From Lama glama (Eukaryota): 64,000 nt of DNA. The stretch lies in contig CM052839.1 of the NCBI GenBank assembly GCA_028534125.1, forward strand, positions 23,188,001-23,252,000, read 5' to 3'. The notes under the pieces were generated by a model that was not told the DNA's origin, made no database searches, and saw only the letters and a list, made by a program, of their open reading frames with translations. Both the position numbers and the translations under genes were made by a program. This document shows, piece by piece, positions 48,257-61,569 of this stretch. The first letter of the stretch is position 1. Every line of letters begins with the position of its first letter.

Positions 48257-48984
48257 CTTGTCCAAGGTCACAGAGCAATGAGTGGCAAAGCTGGGGTGCG
48301 AACCGCAGCCTGACCACTTCCGGCTGGAGGCATGGCGAGAGAGTGTGGGGGTGGGGCAGGGATGTGCTACATCAGGTCTCGCTGGGCCAGGCCCAGGAAT
48401 GAGCTCACTTCGGGATGGAATTGAAACCTGTTCCCATCAGAAAAGGAAGTAGGGGAGGGACGCCAGTGGGAAGGCCTGAGCAGGTTTGCTTTGCGGCTGA
48501 AATACCAGCTTCCACTCTGGGGACCTCTGGCTCCCTTAGCTTGGCTGGGCTTTGCTCTGTGTCTCTTCGGTGGTGCCCTCTCCCCGTTCGTGTGGGAAAT
48601 CCATCCCTCCCCAGGGCTTTCCTGCAGCCAAGCCCCCCGCCTCCCCCCTCCAGGCCACATTTCCCAGGCTCAGCAGAGTCTGGATGCCTTCCCGTCCCTG
48701 CAGGCATCAGCCTGGGGCAGGATCTGAGTCGGCCAGTCCCTCCTCCTTCCCTGCATCTCTTGCCTAGAATCCACTTAGCACTGAATGTGAAACCTGGAGA
48801 ACAGGACCCAGTTCAATCCCCGCATGTTTCAGGCTCAGAGACGGTAGGAAGTTCCCCTGGGCCTCAGGTGACCTGGCGGGCTGTGAACAACGCTGGGCGC
48901 AGGAGTCTGCTTTCCATCGCACTGGGCAGCCTGCTCAGTGCCTCTGTCAGGAAGCGCACCCACAGGTAACATTTGCCATTTTTA

Positions 48985-49235
48985 CTATTAGCTCTTATTT
49001 CTTGAATACTCACCGTCTGCCTGACATCATGCCAAGCACTTAACATACGAAATCGCATTTAATCCTCATAATAACCTAATGATTTATTTACCAGTCCTCA
49101 CCATTATCACTATTATTCTCATGTTTTCAGAAGGGGAAACTGAGGTTCAGAGAGGTGAAGTAACTAGCTCCAGGTGCACAGCCGGGAAGTGGAGCAGCAC
49201 AGATTTGAACTCGGTATTGCCCGACTCCAAGCCTT
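48985..49235 (-). mobile_element. MIR
   Basis: catttaatcctcataataacc...gaaactgaggttcagagaggtgaagtaact...gatttgaactc. Confidence 0.8.
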
Positions 49236-50169
49236 GCTTGGCTACATGTCCTCTTGAGTGGTTCACCCGAGACACTGGGACTCGTATCTGTGTTGCAGCG
49301 CGAGAGGAGCCCGGGGTCTCTGAGGAGCTGGGCACCTAAGGGTCGTGGCCACACTGTCTTACCGACACGCCGTCTCCCAGGCACATATTGTTTGGTTTAC
49401 GAAGCACTCACGTCCTTCACATTATCTCAGTGTCTACAGTAAACCCATAAATCTGGCAACAGGTTAGGAAGCTGCGTCTAACACCCCAAATCACACGATT
49501 TGTTGGAACCCGGGTGGTAGTGGCGATGCCGTGACAGCACACTGCTCCCTGCCCGGGCCCACGATAAACGCAGGGATCCTCAGGGGCACCCAGCATCCAC
49601 TCTCCAGGGTGTTCCGACCCATTGGTGCTTGACCCTGACAGTCTGCAGGACTTTCACATCTGGATGAGGGGAGGCCCAGGAAGACATATTCCAACACCCT
49701 CCCCAGGATTCCTCTGTAGAAAAAGGAGTGGCTGTGGGGATAATGCCTTCCCCCATCCTCTCTGGGTTTGCAACTGTGTGCTGTCTGCTAGTTCCACCAC
49801 CAGCAAGTGGTGGTGGAGGGAAGACATTAGCGAACCCCGGGGACTGGTCCAGCCTTTGTTACTAAGTATGCGGCCTTGGGCTAGTCCCATAATTCCTCTA
49901 AAACTTAGTTTTCTCCCCTATAAAGAGGGAAATAATGCCCACCCTCCAGATCCCTCAGAGCTTTTGTAAGGGTAAAATAATACGATGGAGATGAAAGGGC
50001 TTCGCAAAGAACAAAGCACTGTGTACTTATGGAAGGATGATTTCAGGCATAAAAACTGCAGCTCGGGAATTGCAATGAGGAGGGGAGGTGACATTTACTG
50101 AGCATCTACTATGAGCGCTTTATAGATATTATCTCACACAGCCCACAGCACAGCTCTTCAGAGAAGTAT

Positions 50170-50675
50170 TAGGGGATTTTCTGCCTCTGATGCTGGCTGA
50201 ATAGCTCTTAACAGATCTACCATCCCAGAGATAACAACTACAAACTCTGAGCAACGTATTTCAGAAATAAAAATATTTATCAGAAAGAGAATGACTCACA
50301 GCAGGCAGATTCCAGAGTTGAGGGGTGAGGGAAGTTACTGACACTTGGAAAAGGGGAAGGACACTGGGTCAATTTCTCAGCTTTCACAAGTTTAGTCTCA
50401 GGGTGAGCCCCAATCTTCCCATGCTGGTGGCTAAAATCTGGGTAGAAACCTGCAGTCATACTGGTTTGAAGAACAGAGGAGTTCAAGGCAGCTATGGGCA
50501 GCTGGAAAATGAAGGAGGAAACTCAGGAGAGAATGAACTAGAGAGGGGACCCCTAGATTCCGAGTATAAACTCTGCCCAACTATCTGGTCGACCCCTGAG
50601 CCAATGCATGTGTAGGACTCACGCCAAGTTGCCCAGCTAAGCCTAAAGGAACTGAATGGAAAAAAATGGAAATGG
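50170..50675 (+). mobile_element. Probable old L1 5' UTR fragment (L1M4/L1MD-like), cut off by the gap
   Basis: cagagataacaactacaaactctg and gtataaactctgcccaa...gacccctgagc resemble old L1 5' ends. Confidence 0.45.
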
Positions 50676-51175
50676 NNNNNNNNNNNNNNNNNNNNNNNNN
50701 NNNNNNNNNNNNNNNNNNNNNNNNNNNNNNNNNNNNNNNNNNNNNNNNNNNNNNNNNNNNNNNNNNNNNNNNNNNNNNNNNNNNNNNNNNNNNNNNNNNN
50801 NNNNNNNNNNNNNNNNNNNNNNNNNNNNNNNNNNNNNNNNNNNNNNNNNNNNNNNNNNNNNNNNNNNNNNNNNNNNNNNNNNNNNNNNNNNNNNNNNNNN
50901 NNNNNNNNNNNNNNNNNNNNNNNNNNNNNNNNNNNNNNNNNNNNNNNNNNNNNNNNNNNNNNNNNNNNNNNNNNNNNNNNNNNNNNNNNNNNNNNNNNNN
51001 NNNNNNNNNNNNNNNNNNNNNNNNNNNNNNNNNNNNNNNNNNNNNNNNNNNNNNNNNNNNNNNNNNNNNNNNNNNNNNNNNNNNNNNNNNNNNNNNNNNN
51101 NNNNNNNNNNNNNNNNNNNNNNNNNNNNNNNNNNNNNNNNNNNNNNNNNNNNNNNNNNNNNNNNNNNNNNNNNNN
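50676..51175. other. Assembly gap (500 N)
   Basis: Run of N. Confidence 0.97.
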
Positions 51176-53499
51176 GTTGGACATCTGAGCCCACTCCATT
51201 CCTCCTCTGTCTGCAGAGAGGAGAAGAACCACTCAAGGAGCGCCGACTGTTTGCTACGCACGGGGCCTGCCAGGCGGCTGTATGATCCCATTTCACAGAT
51301 GAAACAATGGAGGCTTAAAAATGTGTGTGACTGGCTGGAGTCACAGGATGAGGACTCAGGTCTGACAGCACAACCAGGGCTGGTCTCGCCTCCTCCCCTC
51401 CGCCCTGCCCCACCCTGCCCCCAGCCTGCAGCTGGCCCTGACCGCCCTCCCCTCCCCACCTGTGACATGCCTGCCTGGCCTCATCTGGCACAGCCTGGGC
51501 CAGCCTGAGGCATTGCTGGGAGCCCCCAGGAGGATGGTGAGAGTTCCCTTCTGCCCTCCCTCCCTCAAAGAGCCCAGTGCTTTATTTGCAGCTGCTTACT
51601 CGGCAGGCCCTTTGATTTGCAAGAGAGACTGGCAGCAGGGGTGTCCCCGGCCACCAGCAGAATTAGAGGTCTGGCTTTAGGTGAAAAAAGCTCTTTCCTC
51701 CTCTCTCCATCTCTCTTTTCATCTTTCCCTACTCCTTTTCTGGATTTTTTTTTTTTTGGAAGCTTATTTTTTACATGGGGCTTGAAACTTCAGATGCTGC
51801 AAAGCTCTGGGCCAATGGGAGGCAGAGGGTCGATGCTGGTTGGCTGGAGAGGGGAGTGGCCTGGAAGCAGGCCAGGATCACAGGAATGTCACTTAGCACT
51901 GACTGAGCACCTACTAAGTGCAGACATCAAGCCGGGTGCTTGACAGCCACCTCTCCTTCCCACACCTCTGTGAGGGAGACAAGTCATTTTTTAGGTAGCA
52001 AAACAGCTCCAGGTCGCACTGCGGGCAAGGAGTGGAATTGGGCCATACCCACACCCTGGGCTGTGATGCTGAAGTGACTGCGACCCCTCCCAGACCCCAT
52101 CCCACCATGAGATCGAAAGCACAGGGGCTCAGATCTTTCTTTGTCCTCTCTGCTCCCCAACAGATTCCTGGATGTTGAAAGATGTGCTTCTCAAGCCCCA
52201 GGTTGTCTTTCTGGTTGACCAGGAGGACTTACTGAAGGGGACTCGGTCCCTCCTTGGCTGTCCCCATCCTGGGTAACTTGGGACTTTAAAATCTGAGGGA
52301 CATTGGCCCAGCTCTGTGCAGCCCCCGTGTGTGACCAGGAGAGGAAAACCCCAGCCTGGGAGCCCCCAGGGCCCTCACTCTGCCCACTCTGTGACTATGG
52401 GCAGACTTTCCGGGGAGGTGACCGCCATCTTCCTGTCCCTCCTGCAGGAGGAGAAGCATGAGGTGTGAGAGGACAGCATGGGAGGGTGGAGGGAACCCAT
52501 CTTTGGAGTCTAACTGATCTGGGTGACCATGGGCAGCAGCCTCCCATGGCACTAAGGAGAAAACCCAGAACTTCCTGCAGAGCTGACGAGGTCCTGCCTG
52601 GCCGCACCTGCCTCTGTCTCTGTTGCCGCCAGTCAAACCCTCTCTTCATACTGGTCCCAGCCACTCCAGCCCTGGACAAGCAGCCCTTCCCTCCTCAGGG
52701 GGCCCTTGCATATACTGTCCCCTCTTCCTTCACTTCTGGGTGGTTTCTCTTCGTGCCTTGGGCTACAGGGAAGCCTGCCTATCCCGGACCTGCCAGCCTG
52801 TCACCGTCCCCAGCCCTCCCTGCTTTATTTACTCAGCAGCACTTGTGGCTGATCCTGACACTGCCATGAGGACAGGGGTCAGCTCCGGCTTGTACATCTT
52901 TGCATCCCAAAGACCCACCTGGAGCCTGGCCCAGCCTAGGTCCACCATAAGTACCTACTGACAAATCATTGAATTAAACCTCTCTGCAACCTTTCTTCAT
53001 TTGCAAAATGGTTCTAGTAACATCGACTTCATAAGGTTGCCACAAGGGCACAAGGAAGCAAAGGGCTCTGCAGGAAGTTAGCACTTAGGAAACACCAGCC
53101 ACTCAATACTCATATGAACATTCATTCTTGGGTTGAACCAGTTGGGCATGGCTGCCACACGCACATCTTGGAAAATTGCAAGGAGGAAAATGAGACTCGG
53201 AGAGGTGGCCCAAGGCTGGCTTCCAGGCAGGCTGGCCGTCTGGGTGCCTGGGGCTCCTTCCTCCTCCATCCATGCCGCCTGCTGGCTGTGGATGATCATA
53301 TGGCCTCTGCTTGCCTCAGTGTTTCTAATACGGTTGATGGGACACATGATGCAAGACCCCACGGGAACGAGCTGGGTGTGGAGATGCTTCCCACAAGGAG
53401 CTAAGAGCCATCCCTGCCCCCCTGCCCCCCATAACAGACCATTCAAGGCTCATCTTCTGCCTTCCAGCCCGCCCTGTTCCATGCCCTTCAGCCGACTTC

Positions 53500-53880
53500 C
53501 CTCCCTAACGAAGGACATTTGCATGAGCAAAGCATCTCTGGCGACTGCCTTCTCGCCACCTGCTCCTGTGGCTCTCTCCCCACCTGAAGCCATAAATACA
53601 TATGCAAAGGCCAGTATATTAATTTGTGTTTGAGCACGGAGCCAGGGACGCTGCCGAGAAAGGGGATTAGGCGGTGGCAATGGGTGGGAGGCAACAGATG
53701 GCCTGATTGCTTTTACCTGTTGCTAATTTGTTAGGTACCAATTTCTCGTTTGTGTTTAATTGTGTCCAGACCCCAAGACAGCAGGGTGCCGGGCACTGGA
53801 TGGCCCTCGGGTGCTTGTGTGGGGCAATGGGTCAGGTACCTGCCTCGGAATTAAATATCACAGTCTGCAAGTGAACCATT
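53500..53880. promoter_or_regulatory. Candidate neural-type enhancer
   Basis: Octamer ATTTGCAT at 53517-53524, ccataaa, tattaattt, E-box CAGATGG at 53695, gctaattt, tttaatt. Confidence 0.4.
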
Positions 53881-55324
53881 CTGCCTTGTTCTCTCTCGAT
53901 TGAACTCCAGTCCCTCTTTCTGGTGGGGCACTCAGACCCTCCGAGCACAAGCAGCAGTGAGGAAGGAGCTGAACAGGGAGGCAGCAGTCCTGTTAATTGG
54001 CTGTGTGACCTTGGGTGGGTCACTAAGCATCTCTGGGCTCCATCTGCTTGGCAGGGAAATGAGCATAATCACACGTGCCCTGTCTACTTTGCAGGGCTGT
54101 GGTGAGTGTGAGCTGAGATAATGGACCTGGGAGCACTCTGACACGTGTAATGCTCTGTAATAGTGAGGCATTATTTGCTGGCAGAGTGGTTAAGAGTGTG
54201 GGATTCCGGAGTCAGTGACTCTGTGAGTCATTTATAACTGTGAGGTCTTGGATAAGAAACCTAAGTTTTCGAGCCTCTGTTTTCTCACATATGCAGGGGG
54301 TACTAACAGCCCCTAAGTTGGGGGGGGAGCAAAGGAGTTCACCCATGGGCTGGCCCAGCTCAGTTTTCCCAGAACGCAGTTCTAACGCACCATTAGTTTG
54401 CAACCACTCCCCCTTCAAACTAAGCATCTCCTGTTCTGTGCAGCCTGCTGTGATCCGTGTCCCCTACCACAGCTGATCGTCCCCTCCTGGTGGAAATGTG
54501 TTGGGGGTTCACTTCTTCCCCAGCAGCTACAATCTGGTGGGACAGGAATCTGGGGGCTGTGAGCCTGCCCCCAAAAGGGACAGCTCATGAATAAGCATGG
54601 CCATTCAAAGGCATCTCCTAGATTAGAAAAGAGGGACCAAGCCTTGGAAAACGGAGGGAGCTCATGCATCCCCAGGCAGGACCCACAACAGAGGGGCACT
54701 GCTGCCCCCTTCTGCTCCTGGCCCTCCGAGTGGTCCTGGGCCCCACCCACATCGGAGCCTGATTCCCCAGCCTTCCTGCCGCTCCTTTGAGCCTCAGTGA
54801 GCTGGACTATCTTTCTGTTGCTTATATTTCAAGAATCTGGCTGACAGACCTCTATGCCTTCTGCATATTTCAATGACAGCACAGAGGAACTGTCTTTTAA
54901 GGAACGTTTTCTGTGTTTTTCCCCGTTACTTGTTTGTTTTGTGACCTTGGGCAAATCCCTTCCTCTCTCTGAGCCTCAGTTTCTTCTTCTGTATAATAAG
55001 GGGTGGGGTAGAGGGTGGGGCTCCCTGGATTATCGTGAGGATTAAATGTCATCATGGAGGTAAAGTGCCCAGCTAGGGTCAAGCATATACGTGGCACTCA
55101 GTGATGACTGATGGATTAATCTTCCGTCACTTGAGGCTAAGGGACCTTGCTTTCATTTGACACCATAGGGGGAAAAGATCTGCAAGTTTGTCAGGAAAGC
55201 ATCCTGAGAAACTTGCTTGAGGGGTTATTGACCAAGAAGTCATCTTATCTTTCCTTGGCCGCTGGATTTCTCTCAGGGAAATGTGCTGTTATTAGAAGAA
55301 GGAATGGAAGGTGGCAGAATGCTC

Positions 55325-55560
55325 TCTGGGGCGAAGTGGGTCCGGCGGGGGTGGGGGCGAGGTTTGCGATGGACGTTGGCGTGGGGAGACCGGGCTATGG
55401 TGGGGGGAGGCAGGAGCTGTGGCGGGGTGGGCTGGGTTCCTTGCTGCTCCTGTGGGAGACAGGGGAGAGGAGGAAGCATAAGGAGGCGGGATGGGGAGGG
55501 GGGAGTGGGAGGAGATGGAGAAGCCTGGACGGGAGGAGAAGAAAGGGAGGATGGGGGAGA
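55325..55560 (+). other. Extended G-rich, G-quadruplex-prone tract
   Basis: More than 15 G-runs with strong G/C skew. Confidence 0.6.
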
Positions 55561-56109
55561 ATGAGGAGGTGGTGATGAAGATTCAGACTTCTCTTTCCAT
55601 TCCCCGCATTTCTACTGCATCTCACCCTCTCCTCGTATATTTGATTCTACATCTAAATAACGCCGTCCCTAAACCATGCCCCTCCTGGCCCCACCTCTGT
55701 TTAACTAGGGGAGCATACATCAAATGGCCCAGAAGCTTCTCTCCTTGAACCGCAGCCTTGGCGAGGGCTGCCCAGCTTACTTCTTTCCCGTAGTTTCCCT
55801 TCTCCCAGGCAGGGGGGACACAGGGTGCACAGAACAAGGGCACACCTGGTTTGAATGAGGATTTCTTCAGGTACCAGCTGGAGACTTGGGACAAGCTACA
55901 AAGCTCTCTGCTCCTCCCGCTGTGCGGCGTGCATGATAGTCACGGATCACATCTGCCTCGCAGGAGCTCCTGTGTGCAAGGTGTCCAGCCCAGCGCCCAG
56001 CCCCGGGGTGCAGGGACTACGTGAGCGACAGCTGCATGCCCTCCCGCCTGACACAGGTTCAGGCAATCAGTGCGGGGCCCTCACTGCATCTCAGAAACAT
56101 CTCAGCATC

Positions 56110-56460
56110 CAAGGCAGGTAAATGAAATCATCTCAGCGCTACAGAGTCTGGTTACATAAGCCGACCTGATCCAGGGACAAGTTATTTGTGATATTATTGA
56201 ATTGGTCCAATGTTCACCTAGATTCTGCCTTTGACCTTTAACACGTCTCTTCTCCAAGTCTGCTCTGCCTGGACACCCTCCCCTGTTTTTAGTTACAAAA
56301 ATAGGGGTGGAAAGAGAGGAGCCCCCACTTTGGGCCAGCACAGTATTAGCAACTCTGTGTATCTACACACTCTACCTGTGTAGAGCCAAGAGATGGCAGC
56401 AGAACCCGCCAGGGAGCAGCCTTAACTTTCATCCCAAATTTAATGTTTACCGAGCAGTGG
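56110..56460. promoter_or_regulatory. Candidate endoderm/kidney-type enhancer
   Basis: gttacataa at 56151, tgcctttgacct at 56226, tttaatgtttac at 56439. Confidence 0.3.
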
Positions 56461-58309
56461 CTGCTCTTGGAAATGCAGCAACCAGTTGCTTGGCATGTGG
56501 TGATGGATTTCATCAGAAACCTGTGGAGAAAAGTGGTGATGGGAAAATAAACGGAGCAGCTCGGGAAGACCGGGAATGATGCTGACCCATCTGAAGCCAG
56601 CTGCTTAAAAACGACCAGGGGAAGCGCTCCTCAAAGGAAGGAGGCCCCCAGGGCGAGACAGGACTCCTCTCCCTCACCCCTCACACTCCTTGCTGGGCCC
56701 CTCCGACTTGTGCAGGTGTGTAAAAGGCAACACCTGGGTGAGGGCTGAACCCTTACGGGACTCTGTATATTTTAAGGGAATTAAGATGTATTTAATTTAG
56801 GCGTTCCAGTGCCCCACGCCAAAGTTCTCAACCACTTCTGGAGATGTGAGAAAAAACAGGGGTGTTTCACAAAGCTAAATTTATTCATTTTCAATAGGGT
56901 TGACTTTTTTTCCCCTGGGATTCCACTTTTCCTACTTTCTTGGTGTTAAAACATCCTTTCATCTATGAACGATGGTGTTAGTGGACTAGACTTGATTTTT
57001 GAGCATCTATGCCTGACGGGCTGGCAACCTTATGTTGAAGCCTCCAATCTTCTCTTTAAAAATGTTGCTGAACTGCAAAATCCCCCAGTCTGAGGACCAC
57101 TTTGTCAGGTATTGTTTCTATCACTCTCTTCTCAATCTTGGGACAATTATTTTTTCTGCTTAGCACAGACAAACTTTGAAATTCAAATACTGTAACCCTC
57201 TGCTTAAATTTAATAACTTTTTTTTGGAAGTCTACAGAGTAACAGGTAATATGTTCCACATATACCATAATTTGAGGACAGAAGATATTTCTTTTACAAG
57301 ATCTTGCCTCTTTGATTTTCTGTATCTGTTATAATGACTTGGTTTGAAGAGTGTTCCATCTTATAAAAAGACCCCATATAAGACCCTGTAAGCTAGAATG
57401 AGGTGTGGGGAGTCAAGGGGAGGGATGGAAGGTGGATGGACAGATGACGAGTCCCCAGGGCATCCTGAGGCAATTTAAATAGAGCAAAAGCTCCAATCAT
57501 AGGCAAGAGACTGCCAAGGTCCTTGACCTGAGAAGTCTAATCCCAAGAACCAAGTTCAAAGGGTGAGGTGGGGAGAACTTGTCAGAGAGATCAGTAATGT
57601 TAGAGATTAAGAGAATCTATTAAAGAATGCAGTGGGGAATGAGGCATGCAAGGATTTCCTGACCACGATGGGCAGCAGTTAGGGCTGGAGCTGCATGTGT
57701 CCCTGGAGCAGCAGTTAAGGCCTGGGTGTTAGTAACACTGCTATGACAGACAAAATGGGAGGTGGCTCAACATTGGTGATTCTTGCATTGTCACAACCAC
57801 TATTGATGATGCCGAGTAAAGGGCCTACTTCCTTCTTCCTGTTGAGAGAATTTTGCTAGGGAATGAACTTCAGCCTCTCTTTTCATATCGTACTTACTTT
57901 TTCTCTCTCCTGTTACTGGTGTCTGCCCCACAAGGGAGGAAGGGGGGAATTGTAATGGGATAGGTCAAATTCTGGGCTTTCATGGGAACATTATAATGTG
58001 GGTAAGAGCCTGCACGCAGGTGCAGCATCCCCTCCGGTACTGGTGGACACGCCAGGCAGGCTCCTCTGTCTGTGTTCCATACAGAGACAGTAAGCAGACA
58101 AGGGGCAGGCCCCAAAGACTCACACCTGTCCTATTGCTCTGGATCCCAAATTGGGTGGATAAGTTGGGCCTACTTTCAAATTCAGGGAAAGGAAAGCCAT
58201 GTTAGACCTCCAGGTCTCAGCCATGTTCTCCAGTTCCATTATACCAGAGACACCTCCATTGGGGGTGATCAGGTACTGGCTAATATATTAATAAAATAAC
58301 CCTTTGATT

Positions 58310-59415
58310 TCCATCCTACTCATGCCTCATGGCTTTAATACCAGCGATATGCTGATGATTCCTGAATCCCCCTCTGGGCTGTGGATCTGTATACATGACA
58401 GTCTACTTGGTGTCTCCTGAGACCGTACAATGGGCATGTTATATGTCACGTGGTCCACACTGAGCAGCAGATCTTCTCCTCCCAAACTTGCTTGCCCTGC
58501 AGTTGGCCCTATCTCAGCTGACCAGCCCCTTCTTCCAGTTTCCCAGGCTAAAGACCTCAGTGTCACTCATGACTTTCCTTTCTTTCTGGCAGAATCAGCT
58601 GGCAAATTCAGCTCTGTGTCGTAAATATACCCAGCATTCAACCACTTCCCTCCATCCCTGCTGCCCCACCCTGGTCTGGGCCACCATCACAACTTGTGCT
58701 GTGGGTCACTGGGGGGCCTCCTGACTCATCTGCCTGCTATTCCTGCTTCCACCATGGGCCCTGCACCCCACAGCAGGGTCCATACTTGACCAGAGTAGTT
58801 CTGGGAACACAAAGGTCAGACCACATCACTCATCTATGCCAAACGCTTTAATACCCCTTAATGACTCTCTGTCTCTCTCTCTCACACACACATGCACACA
58901 CATCTTCCTATGACTTACAAGACCTAACAAGATCTGGTTGCCCCTACCTCTCTGACTTTATATTTTCCATGACTTTCTTCCTCATTTTCCCACACATTGG
59001 CCTCTTCGCTAGTCCTTGAGTGGGCCCATTATGTTTCTACCCTGGGGCCTTTGCACTTGCTGTTGCTCTTTTCAGAAATGCTCTTCTCCCAGATACCCAT
59101 GTAGCAAGCTCCCTCACTCCCACCAAGTCTTTACTCAGTGAGGTCTTCCTGACTCCCTCATCTGAAATTACAACCCCTTGACATTTGACATCTCCCTTTC
59201 CTGCTTTGTTGTTGTTGTTTTTTTTTTCCTCTCTCTGGCAGTGACCTCCATCTAATATTTTATATAGTTTATTTATTATCTTGTGTATCATCTGTCTCCT
59301 TAGTAAGAATATAAATGCCATGAAGAATTTTATCTATTTTGTTCACTGCTCCTCAAAAGAGTTCTGGCACAGAGCAGATGCCCCATAAATATCCACTGGA
59401 AGAAAGAGAATGAAT
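58310..59415 (+). mobile_element. L2 (L2a-like) about 1.1 kb 3' portion
   Basis: catggctttaatacc...tgctgatga...ggcctttgcacttgctgtt...ctattttgttcactgct...ctggcacagagcagatgccccataaatat. Confidence 0.85.
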
Positions 59416-59522
59416 TAAGCAGACGAAAAAATGCTGGACATCATTAGTCACTGAGGAAATACACATCAAAACCACAAGCAGATAGTACCTTATACCCTCG
59501 AAAGGTTATTATCAAAAACGCA

Positions 59523-59652
59523 TGTATCTTGCAATAGCCTATAATGGAAAAGAATACGAAAAGGAATGTACACAGATATGACCGAATCACTATGCTGTAC
59601 ACCAGAACCTAACACATCACCATAAATCAACTCTGCTTCAATTAAAAAAAAA
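59523..59652 (+). mobile_element. Short cetartiodactyl L1 3' end nested in the older L1
   Basis: cctataatggaaaagaat...gaatcactatgctgtacaccagaa...aaatcaactctgcttcaattaaaaaaaaa. Confidence 0.8.
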
Positions 59653-59780
59653 TGTAATAATAAGTGCTGGCGAGGACGGGAAGAAACAGGAACCCTCACA
59701 TGTTGCTTGTAGGAATGTAAAATGGTGTAGCTGACATGCAAAAATCCTTGGCAACTTCTTAAAAAGTTAAACATAAATTC

Positions 59781-59898
59781 GGGGGGTGGTAGATCTCATG
59801 CTTAGCATGCATGAGGTCCTGGGCCCAATTCCCAGGACCTCCATCAAAAATTAATTAATTAATTAATTAATTAATTAATAAACCTAGCTACCCCCCCG
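59781..59898 (+). mobile_element. Vic-1-type SINE with (TTAA)n tail, nested in the L1
   Basis: gtggtagatctcatgcttagcatgcatgaggtcctggg...(ttaa)n...aaacctagctacccc. Confidence 0.8.
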
Positions 59899-60494
59899 CA
59901 GAGTGAAACAGAAGTTTATCTTTTGCCCAGCAATTTGACTCCATGATAACTACCCAAGAGAAATGAGAACGTGTGTCCCCACAAAGATTTGCCTACAAAT
60001 ATTCACAGCAGGAGACTTCATTATCGCCCAAAATAGACATGACACAAATGTCCACCAGCAGGTGAAAGGCTAAAGAAGACATGGTCTATCCACACAATGG
60101 AATCCGAGTCAGGAGTCAAAAGGAGTGACTTACTGACACAAGCTGTCACATAGATGAAGCCCAAACGCATGCTAAATGAAAAGAGCCAGAAACAAAAGGC
60201 CGCATGTCACATGAGTAGAGTCATGTCCAGGAATGGGGCAGCTAGCTCGTGGTTGCCTGGGGACGGGGTGGGAAGTGGGATTAACTATAAATGACTATGA
60301 AGGATCTTACTGCAGTGATGAATGATCTTCTTGGGGTGCTGAGAATGTTTAAAGCTGGATTGTTGGTGATGTTTGCAAAACTTGATAGAGTTACTGAAAA
60401 TCCTTGAATTTAATGATGAAATACTTAAAATGGGTGAATTGTATGGTATGTAAATTATACCTCCATCATGTTTTTTAAAAAAATGAATGAATGG

Positions 60495-60785
60495 GAAAGA
60501 GACTCACGGACAGAGAAAACCAACTGTGGTTACCGGGGGGACATGGAGGAAGGGACAGATTATGAGTTTGGGATTAACAGATAACATATTACTATATATA
60601 AAATAAACAACAGGGACCTACTGTACAGCACAGGGAACTATATTCAGCCTCTTATAATGAGCTGTAATGGAAAAGAATCTGAAAAAATATATGTATGTAT
60701 ATATATAACTGAATTGCTTTGTTGAACACATGAAAGTAACATTGTAAATCGACTACACTTGCATCAAAAATAAGAATTTTTAAAA
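60495..60785 (+). mobile_element. Cetartiodactyl L1 3' end
   Basis: agactcacggacagagaaaac...gagtttgggattaacagat...gacctactgtacagcacagggaactatattca. Degenerate TSD aaaaaatgaatgaatgg / aaacagtgagtgaatgg. Confidence 0.85.
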
Positions 60786-61569
60786 CAGTGAGTGAATGGA
60801 GCTCCTGGTGCATAGCTCCCTCAGTCAGGAATCCTTCGGAGGTTGGTGGGGGATGAGGACCAGGGCAGGATCTAGGACTTTCCGGTCCCTTCCATCTGAT
60901 GGCCAGCGTGAATGAAAGGGCCTCTCTGCTCACACGCAGAGAGGCCTGGATGTCTCAGGAGGGAGGGCCCCAGGAGGCAGGCGGGGAGCAGGCACAGAGA
61001 GGAGGATCCGAAGTCAGCAAAGGCTTCGGAGAAACAGAAGGGCAACCAAGGGAAGAAATAAACGCCGCCATAGGGAGTCTTGGGGCCGCCAAAGGGAACA
61101 GGAGGGGCGTTTTACAACTGTATCAGGGGAAAAGGAATCCTTGAGTGCCGCCCAGCCTGTTAATAAATGAGATGGGAAATAAAATGAATGATGATGATAA
61201 AAATGGCTGAGCTGCTGAAGTGCTTTGTAAAAATCAGTCTTTAACAAGGAAAAGAAAAAAGAAAACCTGAGAGATGGGCAATTAGAAAGGGACAGGAGCC
61301 TTGTCAATAGAGTTGATGAAAGGTAGGAGAGAGAATACTTAGAAAAATTGGACAAATGCCTACCCAGTTCAAATCGCCGGGTCCAGATGCAGGTCTTGGA
61401 TCTGAAGGGAAGTAACTGATGAAAGGATTAAATCGTTGGCAGGTGTTTTAATTATATACATATATTTATATATTTAAAAATTTTTTTTAGGGGAGAGACA
61501 GAATCAATGAAGATTCAAGAGCTTGAGACAGAAGAGGGAAAGGAGGTACCATATTACCATGAGTTGAGT

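Larger units (their letters stand above)
59425..60480 (+). mobile_element. Old L1 (L1ME/L1MD-like) 3' region with nested insertions
   Basis: catcattagtcactgaggaaatacacatcaaaaccacaa...ggaatgtaaaatggt...tacccaagagaaatgagaac...gtatgtaaattatacctc. Confidence 0.8.

Noticed and set aside
50492-51508. Longest ORFs (209-295 aa)
   Set aside because: Artefacts of translating through the 500-N gap. The same applies to ORFs across 3689-3819.
57340-57800. Possible ancient LTR relic
   Set aside because: I could not match it to a family or define its ends.
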